In this document: in pieces, positions 30,698 through 40,957 of the stretch
How positions within the stretch are numbered: the first letter of the stretch is position 1
How the letters are laid out: every line of letters starts with the position of its first letter
Assembly (NCBI GenBank): GCA_050506795.1
Contig: JBJHCF010000008.1
Location: 66,768-130,767 of the forward strand
Length of the DNA stretch: 64,000 bases
Source: Opitutia bacterium
Lineage (GTDB): Bacteria; Verrucomicrobiota; Verrucomicrobiia; Opitutales; T3Sed10-336
Direction of reading: 5' to 3'
Notes under the pieces: model-generated
Told to the model about the DNA's origin: nothing
What the model saw: the letters and a program-made list of their open reading frames with translations, nothing else
Database searches by the model: none
Program-made: the position numbers and the translations under genes

Positions 30698-31363
30698 GTG
30701 ATTCTTCCGCTCTTCGACAGCAATCCGCGCAACGTTGTGGCCCCGGTCACCCTGACCGTGATCGTGGCCAACATGGCGTTGTTCGCTTTCCAGATGCTGC
30801 TCGCGCGCCAGGGATCGCTGGAGGTGTTTATCGTCGAGCACGCCTTTATCGCCGCTTCCGTCGGCTCCGAACCGCCGTCGATGGTCATGCGTACCGTCTT
30901 CACCTCGATGTTTCTTCATGCGGGGATCCTGCACCTGGCGGCCAATCTTTGGTTCCTGTTCATTTTCGGTCCCCCGGTCGAACACCGGCTGGGTTCCGCC
31001 AAGACGTTTCTGCTCTATTTTCTAAGCGGCGCGGGCGCGGCCGCCGCCCAGTTCGCCATCTCCCCGTCCTCCACCATTCCCATGATCGGCGCCAGCGGCG
31101 CCATCGCCGGAGTTCTGGGCGCCTACCTGCTGCGATTCCCGTTCTCCATGGTGATCACTCTCGTCCCCTGGTTGATTCCCATTCTGCCGATCCCCGGCTT
31201 TGTTTTCATCCTGATTTGGTTCTCGCTCCAATTCTACATGGGTCTTTCGCAACTGATGCAGACGGAGATCACCGCCGGCATCGCCTGGTGGGCCCATATC
31301 GGAGGGTTCCTCACCGGAATGGTCCTGACGACGATTCTCCCTGACCGGCGAAGAAGACGTTAG
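30698..31363 (+). CDS. Rhomboid family intramembrane serine protease
   Basis: SMFLH...HL..N, GASGA, AHIGGF; start uncertain (GTG 30698). Confidence 0.92.
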   Translation: MILPLFDSNPRNVVAPVTLTVIVANMALFAFQMLLARQGSLEVFIVEHAFIAASVGSEPPSMVMRTVFTSMFLHAGILHLAANLWFLFIFGPPVEHRLGSAKTFLLYFLSGAGAAAAQFAISPSSTIPMIGASGAIAGVLGAYLLRFPFSMVITLVPWLIPILPIPGFVFILIWFSLQFYMGLSQLMQTEITAGIAWWAHIGGFLTGMVLTTILPDRRRRR

Positions 31364-31377
31364 CTCGGGGATTCCTC

Positions 31378-32184
31378 CTAGCGTAGGTCCAGCAAGGGCG
31401 CGCCGTCGCCGTTGTCCGGGGAAACCACGGACAGGCGGTGGGAGAACTCACCGGCCAGGGAGCGGGAGAAGGTCTTGTTGACGCATTCGACCGTGTTGCA
31501 GTCGCGGCTGAGGTGCGCCAGAAAAACATCACGCCAACGGGCCTGGGCGGTATTCTCAATCAGGTCCCGGGCTGCCTCGTTGGAGAGATGCCCGTGACGC
31601 CCGGAGATGCGCTGCTTGACCGACCAGGGCCGTTTGGTGTCGCGACGGAGCATTTCACCGTCGTGATTGGCCTCGGTGACCAGTACGTCGACCTGACCAA
31701 GCCGCCGGCGAACCATGTCCGGAATATAACCCAGGTCCAGCGCCCAGCCGATACTGATACGCCGGGCGAACAGATCGTCTTGTCCGTGGCTGAAAATGAA
31801 TCCCACGGGATCGTGGGCGTCGTGGGGAATACCAAAAGCGTCGATTTCCAGATCGCGGAAAACAAAACGGGATCCGGTTTCGAAAATATTCCAATCAAGC
31901 CGGCTCTTGAGGCCGGACTGAGCGGCTTCCGCGGTAAAGCCGTTGGCGAAGACCTTGAGCTTTCGATATCGGGCCAGGCCACGTAGTCCGGCGATATGGT
32001 CGCTGTGTTCGTGGGTGATAAAAACCGCGTCGAGGTTTTCCACCGATTCGCCGCAGGCCTCGAGCATCTCCCCGATGCGCCGTCCGGAAAAACCGGCATC
32101 GATCAGGACACGACAGTTCTCGGTCTGAAGGAATGCACAATTTCCCGCGCTGCTGCTGCCAAGAATCTTGAACCGAACGGCCAT
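31378..32184 (-). CDS. MBL-fold metallo-hydrolase, YycJ/WalJ-like
   Basis: LGSSSAGN, THEHSDH, HDA, EANHD, GHLSN, LAHLS. Confidence 0.9.
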   Translation of the reverse strand: MAVRFKILGSSSAGNCAFLQTENCRVLIDAGFSGRRIGEMLEACGESVENLDAVFITHEHSDHIAGLRGLARYRKLKVFANGFTAEAAQSGLKSRLDWNIFETGSRFVFRDLEIDAFGIPHDAHDPVGFIFSHGQDDLFARRISIGWALDLGYIPDMVRRRLGQVDVLVTEANHDGEMLRRDTKRPWSVKQRISGRHGHLSNEAARDLIENTAQARWRDVFLAHLSRDCNTVECVNKTFSRSLAGEFSHRLSVVSPDNGDGAPLLDLR

Positions 32185-32380
32185 GGAATATGAAGCAAGG
32201 AGATTTCCGCCTGAAGGGCGAATGAAATTTGGTAACGGCAGCAAAATCCGGCGCGGTCATGCCGGGAGAAAGATTCACCGGAATCACCTTCGTGCCACCC
32301 ACACACAGGAATCCTGAGGGCGAACCCGGAATCACTTTAATCCTTGAGCTTTCACCGCCTTCACCTTGATCTGGTGGCCG

Positions 32381-33808
32381 ATGCAATTCGATTTTCGCCG
32401 GACAAAGATTATTTTCACCGTCGGCCCCGCCACCGAAAGCGAGGAAATGCTGGAAAAGCTGATCCGGCTGGGTGTTGACGTTTGCCGATTGAATATGGCG
32501 CACGCCAACCACGAATGGACGCGCGAGGTCGTTCGACGCATCCGATCGGTGGGCGAACGGGTGGGCCGGCAGATTGCCATCATGATGGATGTCAAAGGTC
32601 CGGAGATCCGCACCGGCGACCTGGCGGCGCCCATTGAACTGACCCCGGGAGAGATTTTCGATTTTGTGGTCAAGCCCGGGGCTGAAGGCGAAAACGACGA
32701 GGAGACCCGCTCGGTCGACGTCAATTATCAAAACCTAATAAACGACATTCACGTGGGCGACACCGTCCTGGTGGACAACGGCCTGATCCAGCTCAAGGTC
32801 CTGGAAAAACAACGGGCTCGCATCCGCTGCGAAGTGCTTTCCCCTGGAAAACTGGGGAGCCGCCGTCACATCAATCTGCCGGGCGTCAAAGTCAACCTGC
32901 CGCCCCTCACGGAGAAAGACCGGCGCGATGTCGCGGTCGGAGTGGAGGAAGGAGTCGATCTGTTCGCGCTCTCCTTCGTGCGCGAGGAAGGCGACATCGA
33001 TTTGCTGCGCAAACTCCTCCGCGAACTGGAATCGAACGCCGGCATCATCGCCAAAATCGAGGATCAGCTGGCGGTGAGCAATCTGGACGAAATCATCCAG
33101 CGCAGCGACGGCTTGATGGTCGCCCGGGGCGATCTGGGCATCGAGTGCCCCTACGAGGAGCTTCCCATCATCCAACGCCGCGCGGTCAAGACCTGCCTCC
33201 ACCTGGGGAAGCCGGTGATTATCGCCACTCATATGCTGGAGTCCATGATCCAGGCCCCCCTGCCGACCCGCGCGGAAATCACCGACGTGGCCAATGCGGT
33301 TTACGAGCAGGGAGACTGCGTCATGTTGTCGGGAGAAACCACCGTCGGGAAATACCCGCTGGAATGCGTCGAGGTGCTCGACCGCATCGCCCGCCGCATC
33401 GAACGCTCGGGCGGCGCCGGATTCGCCGACCGGATCGAGTTGACCAGCGACAAGGCCCGGATGTTGCGTTCAGCCGTCGTCATGGCCAACGAACTGGAAA
33501 GTGCCGGCCTGCTGGTTTTCACCCGTCACGGCCACCTCGCCACCATGCTGTCTGCTCTTCGGCCGCATCGCTCCCCCATTTTCGCGTTCAGCGGTTCAAG
33601 ATCCACCCTGCGCAAGCTCCGCCTGCATTGGGGTATCGAACCGTTCGCCCTCGATTTCAACTCCGATCCCGAGGTCATGGTCGCCAGCGCCCTCTCCATT
33701 CTAAAAAAGCAGGGAAAAGTTCGTAAAGGCGACAAGCTGGTGGTGGTCAGCAATATTGTGGTCAACGACGGCATGGTCGACACCGTGCAAATGCGGTTCG
33801 TCGAGTAG
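32381..33808 (+). CDS. pyk: Pyruvate kinase
   Basis: RTKI..T.GP, D.KGPEIR, AKIE, MVARGDLG.E, MLSGET. Confidence 0.97.
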   Translation: MQFDFRRTKIIFTVGPATESEEMLEKLIRLGVDVCRLNMAHANHEWTREVVRRIRSVGERVGRQIAIMMDVKGPEIRTGDLAAPIELTPGEIFDFVVKPGAEGENDEETRSVDVNYQNLINDIHVGDTVLVDNGLIQLKVLEKQRARIRCEVLSPGKLGSRRHINLPGVKVNLPPLTEKDRRDVAVGVEEGVDLFALSFVREEGDIDLLRKLLRELESNAGIIAKIEDQLAVSNLDEIIQRSDGLMVARGDLGIECPYEELPIIQRRAVKTCLHLGKPVIIATHMLESMIQAPLPTRAEITDVANAVYEQGDCVMLSGETTVGKYPLECVEVLDRIARRIERSGGAGFADRIELTSDKARMLRSAVVMANELESAGLLVFTRHGHLATMLSALRPHRSPIFAFSGSRSTLRKLRLHWGIEPFALDFNSDPEVMVASALSILKKQGKVRKGDKLVVVSNIVVNDGMVDTVQMRFVE

Positions 33809-33829
33809 AGCTCGCGGAACCACAATCGA

Positions 33830-34354
33830 TCAGCCCAGAGGCGTCAAAGCCACGATCAAGTGCAGGCAAAGGCATGTGGCCAGCGCCGCGGCCACGTCGT
33901 CCGCCACCACCCCCAGACCTCCGGGATACTTTTGCAGATTGCGGATGCCGAGCGGCTTAAGGATGTCGAAAAAGCGAAAGAAGACGAATCCCAGCAAAAT
34001 AATCAACCAGGCCTGCGAACCGCCCAGGACCGGCTGCCAGCCATTCACCTGCAGGCCGATGAAACACAGGGGCACGGCGACCATTTCGTCCAGAATCATC
34101 TCCGGCGGATCGACCTTGGCCATCCGGGACTCCCCTTCACCGCAAATCAGCACTGCCAAGTACACGGTGACCGCGGCCAGGAGGAGGAACCAGAAGGTCG
34201 GCAAACCGTAAAACAGGACGGTGAACCACACCAACCCGGCGACGGTTCCCAGGGTGCCGGGTGCTTTGCCCAGGTAACCCACCGGGCCGAGGGTTGAAAG
34301 ATTGACCACCCACCGGGTCGGCAGCGCGCGGAGCCAGAGAGGGGATGGTTTCAT
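33830..34354 (-). CDS. pgpA: Phosphatidylglycerophosphatase A
   Basis: APGT.GT, DP....DE, FRFFDI.KP, GVVADD. Confidence 0.93.
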   Translation of the reverse strand: MKPSPLWLRALPTRWVVNLSTLGPVGYLGKAPGTLGTVAGLVWFTVLFYGLPTFWFLLLAAVTVYLAVLICGEGESRMAKVDPPEMILDEMVAVPLCFIGLQVNGWQPVLGGSQAWLIILLGFVFFRFFDILKPLGIRNLQKYPGGLGVVADDVAAALATCLCLHLIVALTPLG

Positions 34355-34962
34355 GACTTGGCTTTGGCCCCGGCTCCCAGCTGCGGCCAGTACTTGATGA
34401 AATAACGCAATCCCGACGTTACCGTCACCAGCGTCGCCAGAAAGAAGAAGAACACCCCGGCCGCCCGGGTAAAATCACCGGCCCGCTGCCAGAATTGGCT
34501 GTCCCCAAACCAACCCGCCAGGTCGCCGCTCAAAACCGGCGCCGCCAGCAGGAGCCCCACCGCCACGATCTGGGTCACCGTCTTCTGTTTGCCCGCTTTC
34601 TCCGCCGCAATGATGATCCCCCGGCTGGCCGCCATCATGCGCATGCCGGTAATGAGAAATTCGCGCGACAAGACCAGCAAAACCAGAAACAGCGTGTACG
34701 CCGGGGCCAGCCGAAAGACCACGATGGCCACCATGGCGCCGACCACCAGGATCTTGTCCGTGAGGGCGTCCATCAGCTTGCCGAAGTCGGACACCAGTCC
34801 CATGCGCCGCGCCACCGCCCCGTCCAGCCAGTCGGTGATCCCGGCAACGATAAACAGCAACAAAGCCCCGGTAGCCGCGCCCGCGACGTTGATCGACATC
34901 AAGGCGGCGATCAGAAACAGAATCGGCACCCGCGAAAGTGTGAGGATATTCGGTAAGTTCAT
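34351..34962 (-). CDS. pgsA: CDP-diacylglycerol--glycerol-3-phosphate 3-phosphatidyltransferase
   Basis: MNLPN.LT..R, D.LDG..AR.....S.FGK..D...DK; alternative start 34980. Confidence 0.93.
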   Translation of the reverse strand: MNLPNILTLSRVPILFLIAALMSINVAGAATGALLLFIVAGITDWLDGAVARRMGLVSDFGKLMDALTDKILVVGAMVAIVVFRLAPAYTLFLVLLVLSREFLITGMRMMAASRGIIIAAEKAGKQKTVTQIVAVGLLLAAPVLSGDLAGWFGDSQFWQRAGDFTRAAGVFFFFLATLVTVTSGLRYFIKYWPQLGAGAKAKS

Positions 34963-35101
34963 CCTGGATTCACCGGTCATCCTATCCGGTCAAAATCCGG
35001 ATTAACAACCCCAATTCTCGGGCGACACTCTCACTCGCTCCCCTCAGGATCCTAATTGAGATTGTTCTCCGTCCACCGCGGGTGCATATTGTCGCCACTT
35101 G

Positions 35102-35581
35102 ATGAAACTCGCAATTTATCCTGGGACCTTTGATCCCATCACCAACGGGCACCTCGACGTGCTGGAACGCGCCACCCGCATCTTCGACCGAGTGCTGATC
35201 GCGGTGGCCCGCAACGAGGACAAACAGCCGCTTTTTTCCGAAGAAAAACGCCTCGCCCTAATCCAGGAAAACCTCCACGACCACCCCCGCGCGGAAGCGG
35301 TGGTGTTCGGCGGCCTGCTGATTGAATTCGCCCGGGAAAAAGGCGCCGCCGCCATTGTGCGCGGACTGCGCGCGCTGTCGGACTTCGAATACGAATTTCA
35401 GATGGCCCTGATGAACCGGCGCCTGTACCCCGACATGGAAACCATTTTCCTCATGCCGCACGAAGCGCACAGTTACACCAGTTCCCGCCTGATCAAGCAG
35501 GTAAACGCGTTTGGCGGCGATATCTCCCACTTCGTCCCGCCCAACGTGGTAAAAGCCTTGCACGAAGTACGCCGGGTTTGA
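35102..35581 (+). CDS. coaD: Phosphopantetheine adenylyltransferase
   Basis: YPGTFDPITNGH, RGLR..SDFEYE. Confidence 0.96.
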   Translation: MKLAIYPGTFDPITNGHLDVLERATRIFDRVLIAVARNEDKQPLFSEEKRLALIQENLHDHPRAEAVVFGGLLIEFAREKGAAAIVRGLRALSDFEYEFQMALMNRRLYPDMETIFLMPHEAHSYTSSRLIKQVNAFGGDISHFVPPNVVKALHEVRRV

Positions 35582-35597
35582 TGGCATTGGCTGCGGC

Positions 35598-36524
35598 ATG
35601 CGGTTTCAAAGAATAGCGATCGTCGGCAGCGGAGCGGTGGGGCTCTATTACGGCGGCCTTCTGGCGCGGGCGGGCCGCGAGGTTCAATTTCTACTGCGGT
35701 CCGACCTGGACGCGGTACGGAAAAAAGGGATCCGGTTGCTGCTTCCGGAGGAAAACCTTCAACTGCACCCGGTGAACGCCCACGAGACCACCACCTCCAT
35801 CGGCCCGGTTGACCTGGTCATCATTGCGTTGAAAACCACCGCCAACCGGATCCTGCCCCAGCTGATTCCGCCACTGCTGAACCCCGGGACCACCATTCTC
35901 ACGCTGCAAAACGGACTGGGCAACGAAGCCTTTCTGGCCCAACATTTCGGGGACGGGCGCATCCTGGGCGGCCTCTGTTTTATCTGCCTGAACCGCACGG
36001 CTCCGGGCGAGGTCACCAACCTGCACAAGGGCTCGCTGACCATCGGCTCCCACCTCGGCGGCTCCGATGATCGACCGGCGTCCGTGGCGGAACTGTTCCG
36101 GGCCGCCGGAGTCGCCTGCCTGCCGGCCGCCGACCTCCGCGAAGCCCGTTGGCGCAAACTGATCTGGAACGTTCCATTCAACGGCCTCACCATCGCGGCC
36201 GGCGGGCTCGATACGGAAAAACTGCTGGCCGAACCGGCGCTGACCGCCGAGGTGAAGGCCCTGATGCGGGAGATCCAAGCATCGGCCCGGGCATTGGGTA
36301 TGGAAATCGAGGACTCGTTTTTGCAACAACAGCTCGAAGTCACCCAGACCATGGGCGCCTACCGGCCTTCCAGTCTGGTAGACTTCGAGTCGCGGCGGCC
36401 ATTGGAAGTCGACTCCATCTGGGGCGCGCCTCTCGCGGCCGCCGCGAAAGCAGGAGTGGCCACCCCGCGCCTGAGCCTCTTGCACGCCCTGCTGAAACGC
36501 CTGGACCCGGCGAGAGACCCCTGA
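35598..36524 (+). CDS. panE: 2-dehydropantoate 2-reductase family protein
   Basis: GSGAVG, LQNG, W.KL.WN...N, SS..D......E. Confidence 0.85.
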   Translation: MRFQRIAIVGSGAVGLYYGGLLARAGREVQFLLRSDLDAVRKKGIRLLLPEENLQLHPVNAHETTTSIGPVDLVIIALKTTANRILPQLIPPLLNPGTTILTLQNGLGNEAFLAQHFGDGRILGGLCFICLNRTAPGEVTNLHKGSLTIGSHLGGSDDRPASVAELFRAAGVACLPAADLREARWRKLIWNVPFNGLTIAAGGLDTEKLLAEPALTAEVKALMREIQASARALGMEIEDSFLQQQLEVTQTMGAYRPSSLVDFESRRPLEVDSIWGAPLAAAAKAGVATPRLSLLHALLKRLDPARDP

Positions 36525-36612
36525 CCCCAAAGAGGTGGTCGGTCACATTCCCTTCCGCTCCTATTTCCTTTGCGACGGGGTATCTTTCTGCTGCAATCAC
36601 CGATTCGGTTTC

Positions 36613-37863
36613 ATGACGTATTTCTCCTTTTTCCTCCAGTACCGTCGCATCCTCGCGTTCTCCGTCCTTTTGGCCTTTTTCTCGAGTTTCGGGCAGACCT
36701 TTCTTCTCTCGTTCTACCTCCCGGAATTCGTCAACAGTTTCGGGCTGACCGAGGGGCGGGTGGGATTGATGTACGGGGTGGCCACCGTGCTCAGCGCGCT
36801 CCTTCTCCCCTGGACCGGGAGGCATATCGACCGCATGCCGCTTCGAGGTTACACCCTGTTCGTCACCCAGGGCCTCGTACTGGCCGCCGTCGTGGTGGCC
36901 ACCGCTCCCCACTGGATCTTCCTCTTCCTGGGCTTGATCGCCCTGCGTCATCTGGGGCAGGGCCTCTGCGGACACATCGCCATGACCACCGCCGGGAAAA
37001 ATTTCGTGGAAAACCGGGGCAAGGCGGTGGCCATCGCCGGCACCGGATTTCCCCTGGGCGAAATGATCCTGCCTTCGGTAATCGCCCTGGCCATTGCCAC
37101 CCTGGGCTGGCGTCTTTCCTGGGGCGTCTCGGCCCTGCTTATAATGGTGCTGCTCGTCCCGGTATCCATTTGGCTGATCCGCTCCAGCCAACGGCATGAA
37201 ACCGCCCTCAAAACAGAGGAAAAAACAACGGGCGCCGAAACCAAAGGGACCTGGAAGGCGCGCGAACTGCTGGCCGACTACCGCTTCTACCTCATCCTTT
37301 TCGCCCTGGTGCCGGTCGGTTTTTTCAGCACCGGTTACATCTTCTATCAAGTCATGATTTCCGAAAGCCGCGGATGGGGCGGTCATGTTTTCCCGCTGGC
37401 TTTCGCCGCCTTCGCCATCACCCGCGCCCTCACCGCACTGTCCGTCGGACCGTGGATCGACCAGATGACCGCAACCCGCCTGCTTCCGGTTCACATGCTG
37501 TTCCTGCTTTTCGCCGGGGCAACGCTGGTATTCTTCTCCGGCGAATGGGCGGCCTATGTTTACCTAATCTTCCTCGGCGTGAGTATGGGCACCGGTCAAA
37601 GTGTGAGTGTGGCGGTTTGGGCGGAGGTGTACGGCGTGGAAAACCTTGGCGCCATCCGCAGCGTGGCCAGCATGGTGGGAGTTCTGAGCACCGCCCTGGC
37701 CCCGCTTATTTTCGGCGTCCTGCTCGATCTCGATGTAACAATTCAGGCGATACTCACCGGAAGCCTGGTGATGATTCTACTCCTCACAGCGTTCTGCTTC
37801 TACGCCTCCGCCGCTCTCGCCCGGACGCGCAGGCGACCCTCAGCCCCGGGCGGTTCCCGGTAG
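36613..37863 (+). CDS. MFS transporter
   Basis: About 12 TM segments, G...D(R/Q) motif in both halves. Confidence 0.88.
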   Translation: MTYFSFFLQYRRILAFSVLLAFFSSFGQTFLLSFYLPEFVNSFGLTEGRVGLMYGVATVLSALLLPWTGRHIDRMPLRGYTLFVTQGLVLAAVVVATAPHWIFLFLGLIALRHLGQGLCGHIAMTTAGKNFVENRGKAVAIAGTGFPLGEMILPSVIALAIATLGWRLSWGVSALLIMVLLVPVSIWLIRSSQRHETALKTEEKTTGAETKGTWKARELLADYRFYLILFALVPVGFFSTGYIFYQVMISESRGWGGHVFPLAFAAFAITRALTALSVGPWIDQMTATRLLPVHMLFLLFAGATLVFFSGEWAAYVYLIFLGVSMGTGQSVSVAVWAEVYGVENLGAIRSVASMVGVLSTALAPLIFGVLLDLDVTIQAILTGSLVMILLLTAFCFYASAALARTRRRPSAPGGSR

Positions 37864-37889
37864 TCCCGTTAACCGCCGTCCCGCTCAGG

Positions 37890-39413
37890 CTAGAATCGAC
37901 GGCCGAAACCGATATTGGCCTGAAGCCCGCGTGGGTAGTTGGAGCCGTCGAACCGGACCCGTTCGAGGGTGGAAGCGACATCCAGATGCAGGGCGCGGAA
38001 AAAGCTCATTCCGGCAACGACGTAGGTCAGTTCCTCGCCGGTCAGGTTCTTCCGGATACCAACCCGCGGGCTGGGCACCCACACCCGCCCCGGTTCATAA
38101 CTGCCGAGCAATCCCGCCCACTGGTAATCGTCGCCGGTGGTATCCGTGGCGCTGTTCAGATCGATCGCCCCACTGAGCAACCAACGCCGACGGGGCGAAT
38201 GCACCGCTCCCTGCAGCGTGAACTGGCGGTCCATGTTCCAGCGCTCGCCGTTCCGCCGGGCCTGGGGATTGGCGTTAAAAAAAGCGGAGTCGCTGGTGTC
38301 GGGGTAATCGAAGGAGGGTTCGTTGAGGTTGCGCGCCACCGCGCCCAGCATGTACCAACTTCCGAACCACGCCGCCCCGAGATCAACACCGAATCCATTG
38401 GTGGTTTTCTGATTGTCTTCAAACTCGTCCCGGGCGGTCTCCTCCAGGTCGTCATCGTTGAACAGGACGCCGCCGCGAACCAGGGTGGTGCGGTAGAAGT
38501 TCACCGTCGTGCCGGCATGTAAACGCCCGCGATGGTTCTCCCAAACCGGCCGGGAGTACCCCGCTCCAATTCGCCCCACCATACCGCCCTGAACGGCCAC
38601 GCCCGCCTCATCGGTAGGCTCGATCCGCCGCCGGTCGCCGTTCACGACAATGACCGGTATATCGTCCGGATCGATGTCGAACTCGATCACGTCGTTCTGC
38701 GGATCGATATCTCTCAAATCGACCGAAAAAGCATCGCCGGTCGATTCGACCGCGGCCCGGGCTTCGAGAATCGCACCCGCGTTCAACGTCAGGGTACCGC
38801 GAAGGAAATCGGTACGAATCGCCAGGGGAGTGAGCGGCGCGGAGGCGCTGCCGGTGAGCTTGGCATAGGCTTTGTCGGTGAAATCACGCACCAATTCGTT
38901 GGCGAATTCAACAAAGTCGTCGAGTTCGGCAATATAGGCTTCCGCCTGTTCGGCCGTGGGAGCCGTCTCGGCAAATTGCTCGGCCTGTTCCTCGAGCAAT
39001 TCGAACCGGTCCAACAAATCGTCGATCTCGCTATCGAAGTCATCGGCCTCCCCGATTTCCACGCCGAACCCAAAATCGAAAAGCGTTCCAAACCGAAACC
39101 GCCGGTCGCTCAACGAGGGAATGGCGGGGTTGACAACCGGCGGGGCGCCGCGCTGCGATTCCCCGAAAGGGGCGTAACTCGGCATCGCCATCGGCGTCCA
39201 TCTCACCTCATCCCGCCGGCGGACGGGGCGCTCCACCGGCTCCTCAACCGACTCCCCTTCGACCTCGTTGATCGCCGGCTCCTCCACTTCCAACGCCCCG
39301 GGTTCGGCGTCCGGAACTTCGGGAACTTCGGCCTCGTCCTCGGCCAGGAGCCTCGAACCAAGCAAAACCAGAGCGCACAGGACCCAGGCCGGGAGAAATT
39401 GAATGAAACGCAT
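37890..39413 (-). CDS. Outer-membrane beta-barrel protein, TraF_2-like
   Basis: Signal peptide, NPA motif, GVDLG, NLNEP.F.Y, amphipathic strands, terminal Phe. Confidence 0.65.
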   Translation of the reverse strand: MRFIQFLPAWVLCALVLLGSRLLAEDEAEVPEVPDAEPGALEVEEPAINEVEGESVEEPVERPVRRRDEVRWTPMAMPSYAPFGESQRGAPPVVNPAIPSLSDRRFRFGTLFDFGFGVEIGEADDFDSEIDDLLDRFELLEEQAEQFAETAPTAEQAEAYIAELDDFVEFANELVRDFTDKAYAKLTGSASAPLTPLAIRTDFLRGTLTLNAGAILEARAAVESTGDAFSVDLRDIDPQNDVIEFDIDPDDIPVIVVNGDRRRIEPTDEAGVAVQGGMVGRIGAGYSRPVWENHRGRLHAGTTVNFYRTTLVRGGVLFNDDDLEETARDEFEDNQKTTNGFGVDLGAAWFGSWYMLGAVARNLNEPSFDYPDTSDSAFFNANPQARRNGERWNMDRQFTLQGAVHSPRRRWLLSGAIDLNSATDTTGDDYQWAGLLGSYEPGRVWVPSPRVGIRKNLTGEELTYVVAGMSFFRALHLDVASTLERVRFDGSNYPRGLQANIGFGRRF

Positions 39414-39652
39414 GATAGATGAAATCAGGTTAAAGTACCTTAAGCTACTCCATAACGGAATGCACTAGTCTCGATCACGATAATTACTCAGTGAAACGCA
39501 CCGGTTATAGTCTTTGGGATTCTCGATGCAAAACCTTTCTCGGTCGGGAGCCGGGAGGAATCGGCCCAGGCAACCCTCTCCTCACAACCGCAATCGCCGT
39601 GGCAACTATGGGATTGATTCCCCTCCCTGTGCCAAACAAAACTGGCGGCACC

Positions 39653-40939
39653 ATGGACCTTCTTTTCAACTTGTGGCGGGACCACAGCGGATTAAACGAG
39701 GAAATTGCGCTGCTGACGGCACGAATCATCGGCATTGTCCTGGTTCTGTTTTTGAGCTGGCTGGCCAACCTGGTAGCCAAGAAACTCATCCTGCGCCTGG
39801 TCGACAGCGTCATCGGCAAAAGCCGCATCAACTGGCTGAAGGTCATGCAGGAGAATCGCGTCTTCGCACGCTTTTCCCACATCGCGCCGGCGGTGGTGAT
39901 CTATTACCTGGCTCCCGAAGTGCTCCTTGGATGGGAGTCGGGGATCGATGCCACCACCCTCCTCACTCGGCTCTACTTGATCGTGGTTTTTATCATGGTG
40001 GTCGACGCGGCGCTGAATGCAGTGACCTCCGGCTACGAGCGCTATTCCAAAGGGACCCTGCCCATCAAGGGTTTCGTCCAGGCCATAAAACTGATCGTTT
40101 TCCTGATCGGCGGCATACTGATCGTATCCACGCTGATGGGACAGGATCTGATCGTGCTGTTCTCCGGACTCGGAGCCATGACCGCCATCCTGATGCTCAT
40201 ATTCCGCGATCCGATCCTCGGCCTGGTCGCGGGCGTGCAGCTCTCGGCCAACGACATGGTGCGCAAGGGCGATTGGATTGAAATGCCGCAACAGGGCGCC
40301 GACGGAGACGTGATCGACGTGTCCCTCACCACGGTGAAGGTGCAGAACTGGGACCGCACCATCACCAGCATTCCCTCCTACAGCCTCATTTCAGACTCCT
40401 TTCGCAACTGGCGCGGCATGCAGTTGTCCGGCGGCCGCCGGATGAAAAGGTCGATCTACCTCGATTTGCGCTCCATTCGCTTTGTGGACCGCGAAATGCT
40501 GGAGCGCCTCAAGAAAATCCGTCTGCTGGAAAAATACCTGGAAGCCAAACTCAAGGATATCGAAGCCTACAACCAACAGCGGAACATTGCCGACGATGAT
40601 CTGATAAACGGTCGCCGGCTGACCAACGTGGGTTGCTTCCGGGCCTATTGCTCCGAGTACCTGCGCAACCATCCCAAGGTCCACCAGGAACTGATTCAGA
40701 TATCGCGCCAACTCGATCCGACTCCGCAGGGGCTGCCGCTGGAAATCTACGCCTTCGCCAACGAAATCGCCTGGGTCAAATTCGAGAGCATTCAGTCGGA
40801 CATCTTCGACCACCTCTTCTCGGTGCTGCCTTACTTCGACCTGCGCCTTTTCCAGCAACCCAGCGGAGTCGATCTGCAAAATCTCGGTGAAGTCCTGAGC
40901 GAGCGAACGCAACCCGCGGCGGAAAAGCAGGAGAGCTGA
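39653..40939 (+). CDS. MscS family mechanosensitive channel, YbdG-like
   Basis: F.D.ILG.VAG.Q, GDWI.M, TTVKVQNWD, NWRGM..SGGRR, LTN.G.FR.Y. Confidence 0.92.
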   Translation: MDLLFNLWRDHSGLNEEIALLTARIIGIVLVLFLSWLANLVAKKLILRLVDSVIGKSRINWLKVMQENRVFARFSHIAPAVVIYYLAPEVLLGWESGIDATTLLTRLYLIVVFIMVVDAALNAVTSGYERYSKGTLPIKGFVQAIKLIVFLIGGILIVSTLMGQDLIVLFSGLGAMTAILMLIFRDPILGLVAGVQLSANDMVRKGDWIEMPQQGADGDVIDVSLTTVKVQNWDRTITSIPSYSLISDSFRNWRGMQLSGGRRMKRSIYLDLRSIRFVDREMLERLKKIRLLEKYLEAKLKDIEAYNQQRNIADDDLINGRRLTNVGCFRAYCSEYLRNHPKVHQELIQISRQLDPTPQGLPLEIYAFANEIAWVKFESIQSDIFDHLFSVLPYFDLRLFQQPSGVDLQNLGEVLSERTQPAAEKQES

Positions 40940-40957
40940 CGCCCCCGTCGGCGGCGC

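Noticed and set aside
37890..39413. Conjugative element implied by the TraF-like gene
   Set aside because: No relaxase, T4SS, integrase or att sites; flanks are housekeeping genes
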